Source: Priapulus caudatus (taxonomy: Eukaryota). From it: a stretch of 64,000 bases of DNA. The stretch covers positions 681,110 through 745,109 of the forward strand of contig NW_014577074.1 in assembly GCF_000485595.1 (NCBI RefSeq), in the 5' to 3' direction. The notes beneath the pieces were generated by a model. That model did not search any database, was not told the DNA's origin, and saw nothing but the letters and a program-made list of their open reading frames with translations. How positions within the stretch are numbered: position 1 is the first letter of the stretch; each line of letters opens with the position of its first letter. Below are positions 37,701 through 48,400 of the stretch, piece by piece. The position numbers and the translations under genes were made by a program.

Positions 37701-38033
37701 GTGAAAGAGAGTAGTATAGAAACATTAAGAATTTGGTAGTAAATAGATTTCGTATTTAGTTAGCATTATATTTTATTGAAACGCTTCAAGTGCCTGTGGT
37801 TGTTTTCACCGGCACAGCTGGTTGCTAGGTTAAGAAAGTCCCGGATGTGGCAAAGTTCCCGGCTGTCCGCCCGCACCTATTGGCATTGCCATTGCCATTG
37901 CCATTGGCATGCCATATGTGATGATATGATAATTGATATTTGGCATTGCACGTATTAAACGGATTTAACTATAACGATGCCACCGAGTGCAACAATAGTC
38001 AAACCACTGACCGTACTCACCAGCTCGGCGCAT
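25761..38033 (-). CDS. BET1: ER-Golgi Qc-SNARE BET1, 106 aa
   Basis: Exons 38021-38033 (ATG CGC CGA GCT G|gtgagt), 26693-26784, 26107-26163, 25761-25919 (TAG), 321 nt. Protein: MRRAGDGTKMSADMYEEENQRLVEDLSGKVKALKDLSIDIGHEVRTQNTFLGEMDSDFDSSGGLLASTMGRLTKMSRAGHNRLMCYLIIFALFVFFVLYYVIKLNK. Matches the BET1 MRRAG start, EEEN, LSI-IGHEV and a C-terminal tail anchor. Confidence 0.92.
26988..28187 (-). mobile_element. Helentron/HINE family A copy 2 (in BET1 intron 1)
   Basis: Colinear with 10015-11224 along its whole length, with many 1-2 nt indels. Same termini. Confidence 0.85.
28198..28425. other. Assembly gap (N run)
   Basis: Run of N, followed by a short (TATG)n. Confidence 0.99.
28524..28967 (-). 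mobile_element. Tc1/mariner-superfamily transposon relic (5' TIR + decayed N-terminal HTH, DUF4817-like)
   Basis: TA + CAGGGTGACCCAAAATAAATGCAACCC terminus at 28967. From the ATG at 28891: MPWTLRQKSWSVETYFSTKLFKTVQVRFKREF...*VQKL...SGRQRSARTEENITSVRTSV, then after a frameshift SQQLGIPRESLRRILIQDLHSYPYRIEIKHKL. Premature stop; the catalytic domain is absent. Confidence 0.8.
29070..29421. mobile_element. MITE with ~80-bp TIRs and an 8-bp TSD (P-like or hAT-like), copy 1
   Basis: CAGAAGTAGATAATAGGGAAGGAGTGTGACTTCAATAAACAAGGGAAATTC... with its reverse complement ending ...TATTATCTACTCCTG. Flanks ATCTATAT / ACCTATAT. A deleted copy lies at 42036-42225. Confidence 0.85.
30594..30603. other. Small assembly gap (10 N)
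   Basis: Run of N. Confidence 0.99.
30638..30711. repeat. CA-rich minisatellite (ACACACACACGA-like units)
   Basis: Direct reading of the sequence. Confidence 0.9.
32324..32459 (-). promoter_or_regulatory. Tandem cluster of five co-oriented CTCF-like motifs
   Basis: On the minus strand: CCACTAGAAGGCACTG (32324), CCACTAGAGGGCACTG (32358), CCACTACAGGGCACTG (32386), CCGCCAGAGGGCGCCG (32414), CCTGGAGGGGGCGCTG (32444). Spacing 28-34 bp. Confidence 0.5.
32630..33371. repeat. 12-bp minisatellite TTAGAACT(A/C)GAC with higher-order units that contain an exon start
   Basis: Array interrupted at ~32719 and ~33150 by GAGGTTCGCGATCGGCCGACC, which is a copy of the start of exon 32441-32613. Confidence 0.9.
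33461..33566. repeat. Hairpin with ~39-bp arms (MITE-like)
   Basis: AGCCGCTTGAATTTAGCCATTTGTTTCACTAATTCGGCG ... CGCCGAATTAGTGAAACAAATGGTTGAATTCAAACGGCT. Confidence 0.7.
34157..34308. repeat. Degenerate (CAACA)n pentanucleotide repeat
   Basis: Direct reading of the sequence. Confidence 0.85.
34493..35465 (+). mobile_element. Diverged, 5'-truncated Helentron/HINE family A copy
   Basis: Reverse-complement similarity to 10200-11105, e.g. CAACAGTTGGGCACAAATC, CGCTCGACGTACGGTCACGATATT and GATAACCTTTTGACCCTCAAGAGGAGGGTTAAACATG. Confidence 0.8.
35502..36340. repeat. Two mutually inverted (GTGC/GTGT)n arrays flanking a HINE 5' end
   Basis: The GT-rich array 35502-35900 and the CA-rich array 36205-36340 share the unit GTGAGTGTGTCACTGTG in opposite orientations. 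The family A 5' end TTTTAGCTCATCTGACGAAGTCAGATG lies at 36129-36205. Confidence 0.8.
36361..36582 (-). pseudogene. Decayed THAP zinc-finger exon (transposon-derived)
   Basis: From the ATG at 36582: MPKTCVVVGNCHN...YFFELPK*HKSPERCDK / KWLTA / VNVNGMHWSLSKFATICSDHFVTG|gtaac. C2CH THAP signature, with stops and frameshifts caused by small duplications. Confidence 0.8.
36669..37798. mobile_element. Foldback element with ~450-bp TIRs and an 8-bp TSD (P/Galileo-like)
   Basis: Arms 36669-37118 and 37344-37798 are near reverse complements starting CACAGGCACTTGAAGCG. GTTGTTTT is duplicated at 36661-36668 and 37799-37806. A nested small hairpin lies at ~37253-37335. Confidence 0.9.
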
Positions 38034-38197
38034 AATTTGCGAAAGCGACCCTTATACTGCTGTAAATAAAGATATGATAGACAAACTAAATACACTTCTG
38101 GAAAGACATCAACAGCTCATCAGTCAACATACGTGTTACGTTGTTATTGGCTGGTGGCGCCACCTTTGGTGTAAAGGCGTAAATTATCCAAAATGGC
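38034..38197. promoter_or_regulatory. Bidirectional promoter between BET1 and FAF2
   Basis: Divergent ATGs at 38033 (-) and 38193 (+), with only 159 nt between them. A YY1-like AAAATGGCG overlaps the FAF2 start. Confidence 0.75.
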
Positions 38198-41100
38198 GGA
38201 TGAGGAAGAAGATCTTTCCCCTTCTCAGACCGAAAAACTTATCCAGTTCCAGGTATTACTTAAGTATTGTCCTATATTACGACATCATACAAACTAAAAT
38301 TATTAGATAAGTAATTCTGACTGAAATAATTTTAAATATGTGGCCTATATCAAATTATTTTGATTACCCTGTTGACTATTTCTGTAGACTGTAATTTGTA
38401 ATGCTGCTGTCTACTCAATGCAAGGGCTCGGCATTTAGAGTGACACCCACTGTCGCTGTCCACGTGTGTAGGAATGTAGGCTTACTAGAAACTACGCGTA
38501 ACTCAGTCCTATAGATGCATCTGTCTGCTCTGATGTATATAGTATATAGCAGTGCCAGAAGTGCAGTGAATACAGCATTTATAGACTTTTTCAGGCTTTT
38601 GCATAACTTACACTACAGCCTGCATCATGTGCATGTTAGGTCCAGTCATAACGACATGCTTAATTTTCTGATTCCCGCGGCCTCTACCAAAGTACATAGT
38701 ACTAACGGCTGCTATTGCTATTACCTGCCACAGTGACATGGTGGTATCTACCATGCCATGGTCAGCAGTCTGTAGGTATAAATGATTAAATCAAATCATG
38801 CTAGTCATATCAGCAACATTCCCAATAAGTCAGGGACCATTTCTAATAATCACTGTCAAGCATTCAGATTGGTACATGTGTTAAGCATAATCTGCCTGAA
38901 CAACCTTACATAGTTAGTTTTGGATGCCAACAACTTGCCACTGAACAAAACTGAAGCTGCCATTGCACATTGATCTGATTATGAAGTACATGTGGGCTAG
39001 TGAAATCATTCGTAGCGCCAGATAATCGCATGGCACTAGATTAATCCTTTAACAAGGAAAAGTGTTTGTACCAAAACTTGCTTTTTCGGAGAAGTTTTGA
39101 GTATTTAGTGAGTATGCTTTCTCATACCAGAGGAACTCCTTTAAAGCAAGATTCAGTAGCTAGCCTAGCATCAAAATACTTTATTTTCCAAATTTTCAGC
39201 TAGAAGAGTACATAGTTACATTATGTTTATCGTGGCAGATTTGCTTGTCCCACATAAAATAAGTTAATTTTCACCTCTGATTATGTCTATATAAATATTT
39301 CTTCAAGAAGGAAATTCTATTTATAACCCCACATTCACCTTCTGTATAAAATATTTATAATTTTATTAGGATTTTACTGGAATCGATGACATCAACAGAT
39401 GCCGAAGAATACTTCAGCAAAACAACTGGGATATTGAGGTAAAATAAAATGGGTGTCTTGGAAATTGTGTTTGTTCTATGTGATTAGGAACCATTCTGAA
39501 TGTATTACTTGTCATTGTAGCACATAGTATAATATAGTTTTAGGTAAAACCCATAACAGTATACATAATGTATTGCTTAAAGTCTTCTAGGGAATCCTCA
39601 AGTTACAAGATTGGGAAGCATAAATATTTTATTTATGTTTTTTCCTACTGCCAGGTGGCAGTACAGGATACCTTGAATGAAGCAGAAGGTCTCCCTCCAG
39701 CATATGCACAACCCCCAAGAGTGCAGAGGGTTCCGGCTATGAACACAAACTCCATTGATCAGAGGTGATTATCCAATCATTGACTACGTACTGAAGTTAA
39801 AAATAATTGGCCTGCAGATTACAAGTTGATTACAGTGCAATTACATGTTTTCAGTTAACCGTAACAAGTAAAACGGACTTTATACAGTTTAAACAACAAA
39901 TGTTCCATCAGTATATTGAGGAGTATATAAGGGTTGTACATTTAAAGTGTTATAGATTATAATCTATTTACATATTTAATGATCTGTTAGTGTATTAAAC
40001 ATGTGTGAATATTTTACTGCAAATTTAGTAAACCACAAAAAGCAAAAAAAAAAAAAATGTGTAATTGTTTTGTTTTTTTCTATATATTTTAGAGTCATCA
40101 CAGTTGTGAGACGACCGCAGGGCTTGGTTGGGTGGACATACTTTATCTTCATGTTTCCATTCAGACTTTTACATTCAACACTACTAGATATAGTTAGGTT
40201 TATATGTAAGTATTCTAAAATGTTTTATCAAATGCTAAATTAACCCTGGCAGAATGACACATAATGTCTAAATAGTAATATCTAGAAATCATTTATGTGA
40301 CCTCTTCTGTTTTATCTGAAAATACCCATGCATTAGTACAGGTATTATATTGTGAGACTTGCATTTGAATTGAAGTGTAATTGGGGTCGAGTGTCGTGTT
40401 ATGTGAGTTTCTGATAGCTTTATTTAGGAACAATATTGTAAGTCCAAAATGAAATAATGAATCATAAACTTTATATTTTTAAAGTAAGTTTGGATGAGCT
40501 TCTTTTGAGGTTCTTCCTAAACTGTTTGCACTTTTTTATCATTAACCGTTTGTGTTTTTTTTTCAGTTAGATTATTCCGGCCAGATCCTAGACGAGGTAA
40601 TGTTCCATTCTAATTCTGTATTATAATTCTATAGTTACTTTATTGAATGAAGCACCGATTTCAAGTAGTTATAGTTCGAACATGTGTTCAATGTGAGAAG
40701 CCACACTATTTCTGTTACATGTCAGCATCAAGTCAATATAATAAGGCAGATGCCCTCAAATAACAATAGTCGCGTTTTTAGCTTACCTTGACATCGTCAA
40801 GCTGAGCTATTGCCATGGGTTGTCGTCCGTCGTACGTCTGTCCGTCTGTCTGTCCGTCAACATTTGGCTTCGGTCAACGATAACTCAGGAAACGGTTTAC
40901 CCACATGTTTGAAATTAAGTATAGTTGTTACTGCTATGCTCCCATATTAAACGTCCTATTTTGGAGCATGCCAGTCGACGTACTTTCGAGCCACGGCAAT
41001 TTTTTGACAAAAATGGGAATTCCCATTAGTCAGTTCAGGTTCAACGGATTTTGCTCATTTTTGGTATGTGAATGAATAAGGGCTAGGGGTTTTGATATTT

Positions 41101-44100
41101 AAACAAAAATTATGCAAATTAGATAGGGTTTGGCAATTATATAGCATATTATATAGACACGCAGATAACAAACAGTCTGTGGTGTCACACTCGTCTGGTT
41201 CGTTTTACAAGATTTCATTGACAATATCTTTAATGCAAAATTCCTGCTATGAACATATTATGATTTATACTATTATTATTATATTATTATTATTATGATA
41301 TACTGATTTATGCTAAGAAACATCAAAGCAGGTATAGCGCCATCTACCGTCACAAATTGTGATTCATTTCGGTTTATAAATTATTTATAATTTATATATA
41401 TTATTTATTATTTTCACATAAAAAATTACACATATAATTATCAAGAGTATATAATGGGAGTTATACCCATATATACTCTTCGTTTCTATAATGTACGTCG
41501 ATGGTTGCTCAATTAAAACTGACTTCTTCTCACTCACTCATTTGTGTCCTTTTTTGTGGTGAGCTACAGTGAATTGAGCTATCAGTAGAGAATGCGACTC
41601 CATTCCACCTGTCTAGCAGCTAGGTCACTATGTATTAACAGTACTTTTCTCCTGACCTTACTTGGTTACCAATACAGTGATGTAGGAGAAAGGGTACAAC
41701 ATAGTAGGGGAAGTGGTGATAACTGTGTGCAGATCGTTCAATACGTACAAGTATTAGTTACAGAAGATTATTTTTCATTAGAAATGTTACTCACTTATAA
41801 TTTTAGTGTACCTTTCAGCGTTAACAGATCCTGTGGGAGATGTGATGAACTTTATACAAGTTTTCGAAGAAAAGTATGGTTTGGTTCATCCAACGTTCTA
41901 TCGTGGAACCTACAGTCAGGTGAGGATATATAAAATATTAAACCCCAATTTAGCATTTTATTTGTAAAAATACTAGTTAATAAAAATAAAGACATTATTG
42001 CATAAAGTTATGCATATTATATATGTATATAATATCAGAAGTAGATAATAGGGAAGGAGTGTGACTTCAATAAACAAGGGAAATTCGTCATTTACTAGCC
42101 TTAGAATACCTACGATCTACTACGCGTAACTCAACCAACTTGAGCTCAAATCGTACACAGTACATTTGCCTAGCATCGTGCGAAATTGTTTCCCTGTCAC
42201 ACTCCTTCCCTATTATCTACTTCTGATAATATGTATATATATGTATATATATAGTATACACACTATAATGTCAGTAAAATTTTACTTGTGGCCACAATAA
42301 TGGTACTATGTGTAGTCAAAATGTTATTGCAGGCATTGAATGATGCGAAAAAGGAGTTGAAGTTTCTTCTTGTGTATCTACATGGACCAGACCACCAGGA
42401 TACAGATGGCTTCTGCCGGTAGCCTACTATTGCTGTCTCCTTCAATAGCTTATATTCTTTAATGTGCATTCTGGATGATAAGTGTCCACACTTACAACAA
42501 ATCGTCCAGAGTAATAAGTAAAAGAGACTGCTTCATTTTCGTAGAATAAGCCATATATCGGAAAGTACCCGCCGCCATATTGAGATCAGATAAGAAGGGG
42601 TATAAGTTGCCCATATATAACATGGTTACGATAGTACTAGTCTAGGTTTTTGATCTATAATTCTCTTCACTAACATCGTTCTTAAATTCACAGGTGCGTT
42701 TCTGTTTACAGAAACATTTACGAATATGATTGTGGTCATTTGGGATATTTTGCAATGTTTGTGTTAATGCAAAAACTAAAAACGCATGAGTGTTTACATT
42801 AATCATGTACTTTCCTAAGCGTGCCTCAGCCATTTTTACCCCCTTTTTCTCTGACCTAAATAACACAGCTGGACTTTCCGATATCACTTATCTTAGGAAC
42901 AGATTTTTGGGGGGCTGATTCATTGTAATAGTTTATATTCTTTAATGTGCAGTTTGACTGATAAGTGTCCACACTTACAACAAATTGTCCAGAGTAATAA
43001 GTAAAATAGACTGCTTCGTTTCGTAGAATCTTGGGAATAGAATTTGGGGGCTGATTTATTATAATGTTTCAGGGAGACACTGTGCAATACAGAGGTTGTG
43101 GAGTTTATGAACACAAGAATGCTATTTTGGGCATGCTCTGTTAGTACTCCAGAAGGATATAGAGGTAATACACTTGTTCCGAAAAGGTCACCTTGTAATA
43201 ACATCCTTTCATTTACAAAATTCATTATGGCTGTCACACGTGTAGTAATTTCGTGTGTGAAGTAAAGTTGCAGTGGTATAAGTGCCGATTGAATGATTTT
43301 CAGTGTCTCAGGCACTTCGGGAGAGCACCTATCCATTCCTAGCACTGATTGTCTTGCGTGACACACGTATGACTGTCGTCGCACGCATAGAGGGACCAGT
43401 TGGCAATGGGTTTCTCATGGAGAGACTTTCACAGGTGATAGCCGACAACGAGGGTGCCCTGGTAGTCGCGAGAGCTGATCGGTGAGTCGTACTACTCGTC
43501 ATTTTGTGGGCATTTTAAAAGCTAAATCGCTACTTGAGGCATGGCAGTGGTTCGTGGAGCATCGTCTGCACTATTTTCTGTGCTCGTTTATAATAGTCGA
43601 CATTGGCCTTTCCGGTCAGCATGACTGGTTGCAGGTCACTACTTTTAAATGTAAAATACCAATTAATTTAAGTGGCATGCAGTAAATTCCTCATGTAATT
43701 AAATGCGCCCACAAATTTCCATTGAAGCTTTGTTTGATGTAGAATTATGTTGCAACAGAGGCATACAAAAGTAATCAGAATCTAGTGGGGAATAATTAGG
43801 TGAATGTGAATTGATTGATTGTCATGGTGTGTAATGCAGGCAAACAAGAAACTTGAATCAGTCTATCAGACAGCAGCAGGATGAAGCATATGAAGTGTCC
43901 CTGCGCGCAGACCAGGAGAAGGAGAGAAAGCGGAAGGAGGAGCTGGAGCGGCAGCAAAGGGAGGAAGAGGAGGCAAGAATGAAAGTGCAGGAGGAACAGA
44001 AACGAAAAGAGGTAAGTGCAATTTTCCTCCAAATTTTGTAGAGGTGTTCCTAGAAATGGCAACAAAAAATTGCACACAATATAACCTCGTCTACGGAAAA

Positions 44101-45426
44101 ACCAACCAAACCTTTCTGCATATTGCTCTTAGAGAGATAGGACAGGGAGGGGGAGAATATTTGATTGTTTAGGCTCCATGCATATATATTCACATATACT
44201 ATTTAAATTGACTACGTCACAAATTTTCTATGGTAAAATTTGTAAAATTTTTGTTGCCATTTTTTTACATTAAAAGTAAGAACTAAACGGGACTAAACGT
44301 ATCGACAAATTCTTACCTGATAAGATTGTTTCTCAACTAGTTAAAAATCCAAAAAACCTGGACGATTTGATATTAGTGTTCCTAACATTAATTGCTTGCT
44401 ATGGGCTATGTATGAGTCACGAGTGTATGTTCACATCAAACAATATAGTAAAATGAGAAGTATAATGCAGCAATTTAACCATAAAAAGTGAACAGAATTA
44501 CTTATATTTTGTGAAAAAGTGGATTTTTTTTTTTAGTATTTACGGTGACGTAATCACTTTTAGAGTTATAAATATATAAACCATGCTGGAACGTTATACA
44601 ACTATACTTCAAACTTTCCGGAACTTTACCTTCTCACATTTCACTAACTTTCCATCATAATATAAAATCTTAATGACATGTCTTGGAGTCTTCAAAGTGG
44701 CACTGCTAAAATGATATTGGCTGTGCTCCATATCTGCACAGGAAGTAGCACAGCTAAAGATAGAGCTAGCTGATCAGGTTCCCGAAGAGCCAGCCACTGA
44801 TAGTTCCGATTGCATTAAAACTGTGCTAAAACTGCCCGACGGCACACGATTAGAACGACGTTTCCTGAGAGATCAGTCCATGAAGGTAAGCCTGCATAAT
44901 ACAGCTAATACAGAAATGGATCCATTGTTTTAATCGTGATAACAACTTCGTTTACCATTTGCCACTTGTTTTACCACCAAATTTTTACATGTTTTTGATT
45001 ACTTGCATTTCAAATATGGGAAATGGTTGCGATTTTTATGAATAGTTGGATATCACACTAAATTTAATATATTCACCTTTTCATTTATTTCTCATTAATA
45101 TAAAACAAAAAATATGATAAAATTATATTGCATGAAGAAACCCTAAATGTACGGAAAATAATGGTCAAAGCTGGAGTATTATGGCCTTCAATCCATTTCA
45201 CTTAATTGACAATGGTTTGAGCTATTTCATTTCTGATCCATTGCAGTATCTGTACTACTACGTGTTCTGCCACGACAAAGCGCCAGACGACTTTCAGATA
45301 GTGACAAATTTCCCGCGGCGCGAGCTAACCTGTCGGCCATCTCAAGGAGCACCGGACCCCCCGTCATTCACAGACGCGGGCCTCGGAAAGTCTGAAATGC
45401 TGTTTGTACACGATAACACAGCATGA
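38193..45426 (+). CDS. FAF2: FAS-associated factor 2 / UBXD8 (UBA, membrane hairpin, UAS, coiled coil, UBX), 444 aa
   Basis: 12 exons: 38193-38252, 39370-39438, 39655-39764, 40093-40205, 40567-40596, 41819-41919, 42333-42418, 43073-43164, 43304-43481, 43840-44011, 44742-44885, 45247-45426 (1335 nt). Motifs QTEKLIQFQD, RPDPR, TDPVGDV, FLLVYLH, TYPFLA, RQQQDEAY, KLPDGTRLERRF and TNFPRR. Confidence 0.96.
40776..41570 (+). mobile_element. Helentron/HINE family B element in a FAF2 intron
   Basis: 5' TTTTAGCTTACCTTGAC-ATC-GTCAAGCTGAGCTA hairpin, a (GTCC/GTCT)n tract, and a candidate 3' subterminal repeat GGTGAGCTA near 41560. Confidence 0.65.
42036..42225. mobile_element. Internally deleted copy of the 29070-29421 MITE
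   Basis: Same TIR sequence; flanked by a 7-bp ATAATAT direct repeat. Confidence 0.85.
42548..42889. mobile_element. 342-bp MITE with an AT TSD, inside one copy of a ~140-bp tandem duplication
   Basis: TIRs AAGCCATATATCGGAAAGT / ACTTTCCGATATCACTT. Filled site GTAGAAT[element]ATCTTAGG versus empty paralogous site GTAGAATCTTGGG at ~43023. Confidence 0.8.
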
Positions 45427-48400
45427 TCACACGGGCATTCTTTACGTCAGCATCATCTGACCGCAACGTGGTTAGAGGGTTGGAAGGTGACCTTCCTGAA
45501 GGTGAAATTCTACCCTGGGCGCGCTACACGGCAGCTTGGCTGCGAATGTTCTGTGATGATGTTGTGGTGGGCTGTGTGCAACGCGCTGGGTGTTGTTGCC
45601 AACCGCCAGCAGTTTGGTGGCCATCTTAAGACTGTACGCCGTGTCACTGAGCGGGGGTCACAAACACGAGATCGCGTTTTCCTCGCTATTGGGGATGCTA
45701 CTGTTCACGAACATAGCAGGCTACGCAGCCTGCGTAGTGTGTGATGCATACACTGGAACAACCTACCGTGAGTCTGCTAGATGTCGCCTTCATCAGCCAC
45801 AGCTCTTCAGCGTTGGTATACAAGTAGCTGCGGCACATGCTGATACGATCAGGAAGGAAAACTGTGAGAGAATTGCTGCGTGAAGAGGAAACGACGATGC
45901 CGAAGTGAACTGCATCGTGCTCCACAATCCTCTGCACGCGTGTTTGAATGCATATGACTTGGCTAGTAATTTGTTAATTATGCAAAACATACCAGCCGTT
46001 GACTTGATGCAATTGATAGCTCGACTGTGTGAAATAATAGAAAATATGCTAGAACCCCTATTGTGGGCTTGCACCATTGCATACACTTACTCTGCTATTG
46101 TTTGCCCTTCACACTTTTGTTTGTATACACATTGAACAGTATTCTGACATTTCCATCCTGTTACGTCTAGTATTTGCGAAAATTTTAGGCAAGTTACCAT
46201 CATCAAACAGAAATCTTTAGGTTGCCTGATATATCTAGTCAGTTTTGCTCTCATTTTGTATCAGTAATATCTTTGTGTATAAATATTGCTGTCATAGCAA
46301 CGTATAACCAAGCAAGGTATTTTAACACAGTCATAATGAATTCATTGTGTAAGCAGTGGACAACCTTATGTAGTATATACAAAAAACATGTATATAAATT
46401 CTTTAGTTAGGGAGAAACTATTGAATGAGATGAAATTTACATATGTTTAGATGTAAATCTAGTCTATATTCTTTTCCTCTCTCCATGTGTTGCTGAGGAG
46501 AAATTAGGTGATTTGAATACATTAAATTTTATTCATCAATACGATATGTCGAAACTTTAATCCACAAGTTGCACTAAACGTGCATTTTTGTGGGCAAGTT
46601 ATTATCATAATTATGAATAATAAATGGGCTTTCGTGTATTGAGTTGGACAAGGTGGGATGCTAATAGGATGTATATGTTAGACCTCTAGGAGGTGAATTC
46701 CATGAATAATTTTTGTGTGTAATACAACGATATTTGGCTTTATACTGTTACCCATTTTTTTCTGTGATTGTTTTTTGTTGATTTCTACTAGAATGCACTT
46801 CATATAGTATATTGCTTTATTCATTCAGGAATTTTCACTGTGTATTTATTCAAGTACTTCTCTCAACAACAGAAAAATATATAACGAACAAGTAAACGTC
46901 TATCATTTTAGTTTCTATTTATTTCACATATACATATATTCAAATACTTATTGCAAGAAATAGTCCATAGGAAATAAGCATTACAATAAATAAATTTTAA
47001 AACATGATGATGGTTATAGTACATACAGCTGTAGGCCTGTTAAAGGCTAAAGGTTAAAATATGACCGAAGCAGCCTGCCTGTAGAGTGCTAGTTGACAGA
47101 ATACTGTCGCTGTACAATACAACACTGAGATGACTAGAGTCACAGCACTGGGAAGTACAGACTGGTGCTTGCCCGCTTCTCCCTACATGTACATACATAC
47201 ATATATACATAGATATCCCACTTGTTACGTGAAATACAGCTGCAATTCCTCAGGATACTCTGCCGCGTAGCTGTGATAGGATATACCGAGTTGCATGCGT
47301 CCCCATTTATATTCCGAGAGCATACGCGCGCTCATTGACTGTCCACAGCGTTTCCATGTCTCTCTGGGTGGCATATATCACATGAGTGGCGTAACCGACA
47401 GAGACGATCATTGTGTTGTGGGAGCCGAGCCGGGGCTTCAGAGAAGCAAATAGTTTTGGCTCTTGCTACATACGACAGGCACCGGTCTCCCTTCCTAGTT
47501 TAGCTGTCTCCACAAACTTTAAAAAACTATTTTCGCAATGCTTGCTTTCCTTCTCAATCACATCTATACACAAACCTCACCAAAGAAGTGATATCCTTTG
47601 TAGTGGCAAGCTGACGTGCAAACAACACAAATATGATGCATCAGGTAACACAAATGTAGGCCTTGGTGCATGGCTGTAAACAGTCACGGCACCACCTGTC
47701 GGCCATAAGCTGAAGAAGAATTACCGTATGACTGCCTGCAGGAAGAGACATGTGGTGTGCTATCGGTATCCACTTGTACTGGCTCCTAATGGTAATGGGC
47801 ATAAAATGCAAATCACTACAACAACAGTTCACTTGCAATTACAATATAATACAGGAGTTTAGTGGGAGGGAGAGAGTAGTCATGTTGCCAGGTTGGCTGC
47901 TGTAGTTGAGTATTACTGGAGCCTAGCAGATGTCTTGCCAGCCTTGTTACCGTCGTGCCTAAAACATGGTTATAGGCCTTGCCACCAGGTGGAAGCACCA
48001 GCTGCACACTGCCCGGTGGCACTCTACTGCAAGGATTCTCTCGAACGTATCAATTTAACCCACCTCACCACTTCCCTTACAATATCAAGGGTGAGCAGAC
48101 CTGATAACAAATAAACAGTGCAGTGTGACTTGATGGCAATCAGTTGACTGACAAGTGAACCATTTTCTAAGCCCCGACTAAACTCCTACGAATCATGATC
48201 ACTCATAATGTGATCTACTTTTATATGCATCGGCACGATACATAGTCCTATCATTATACATAGCAAAATCATTTAAAAATTCACAAATTCATGAATGCTT
48301 TTAAATAATGACGAAAATGAAGATGTACAAGAGTTTAAGAAAATAAACATTTGAAAAACAACATTACTGCATTGCAACTGGGTATCTGTGACAGCAGAAT

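Larger units (their letters stand above)
30145..37878 (-). mobile_element. Possible ~7.7-kb composite THAP-bearing DNA transposon (AT-flanked, ISL2EU-like ends)
   Basis: Left end AT|AGGTGCGGGC...GCCGGTGAAAACAA (30143-30212) matches the reverse complement of TTGTTTTCACCGGC...GCCCGCACCT|AT (37800-37880). A THAP exon lies just inside the right end. The pairing is uncertain because of the gap at 30594-30603. Confidence 0.45.
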
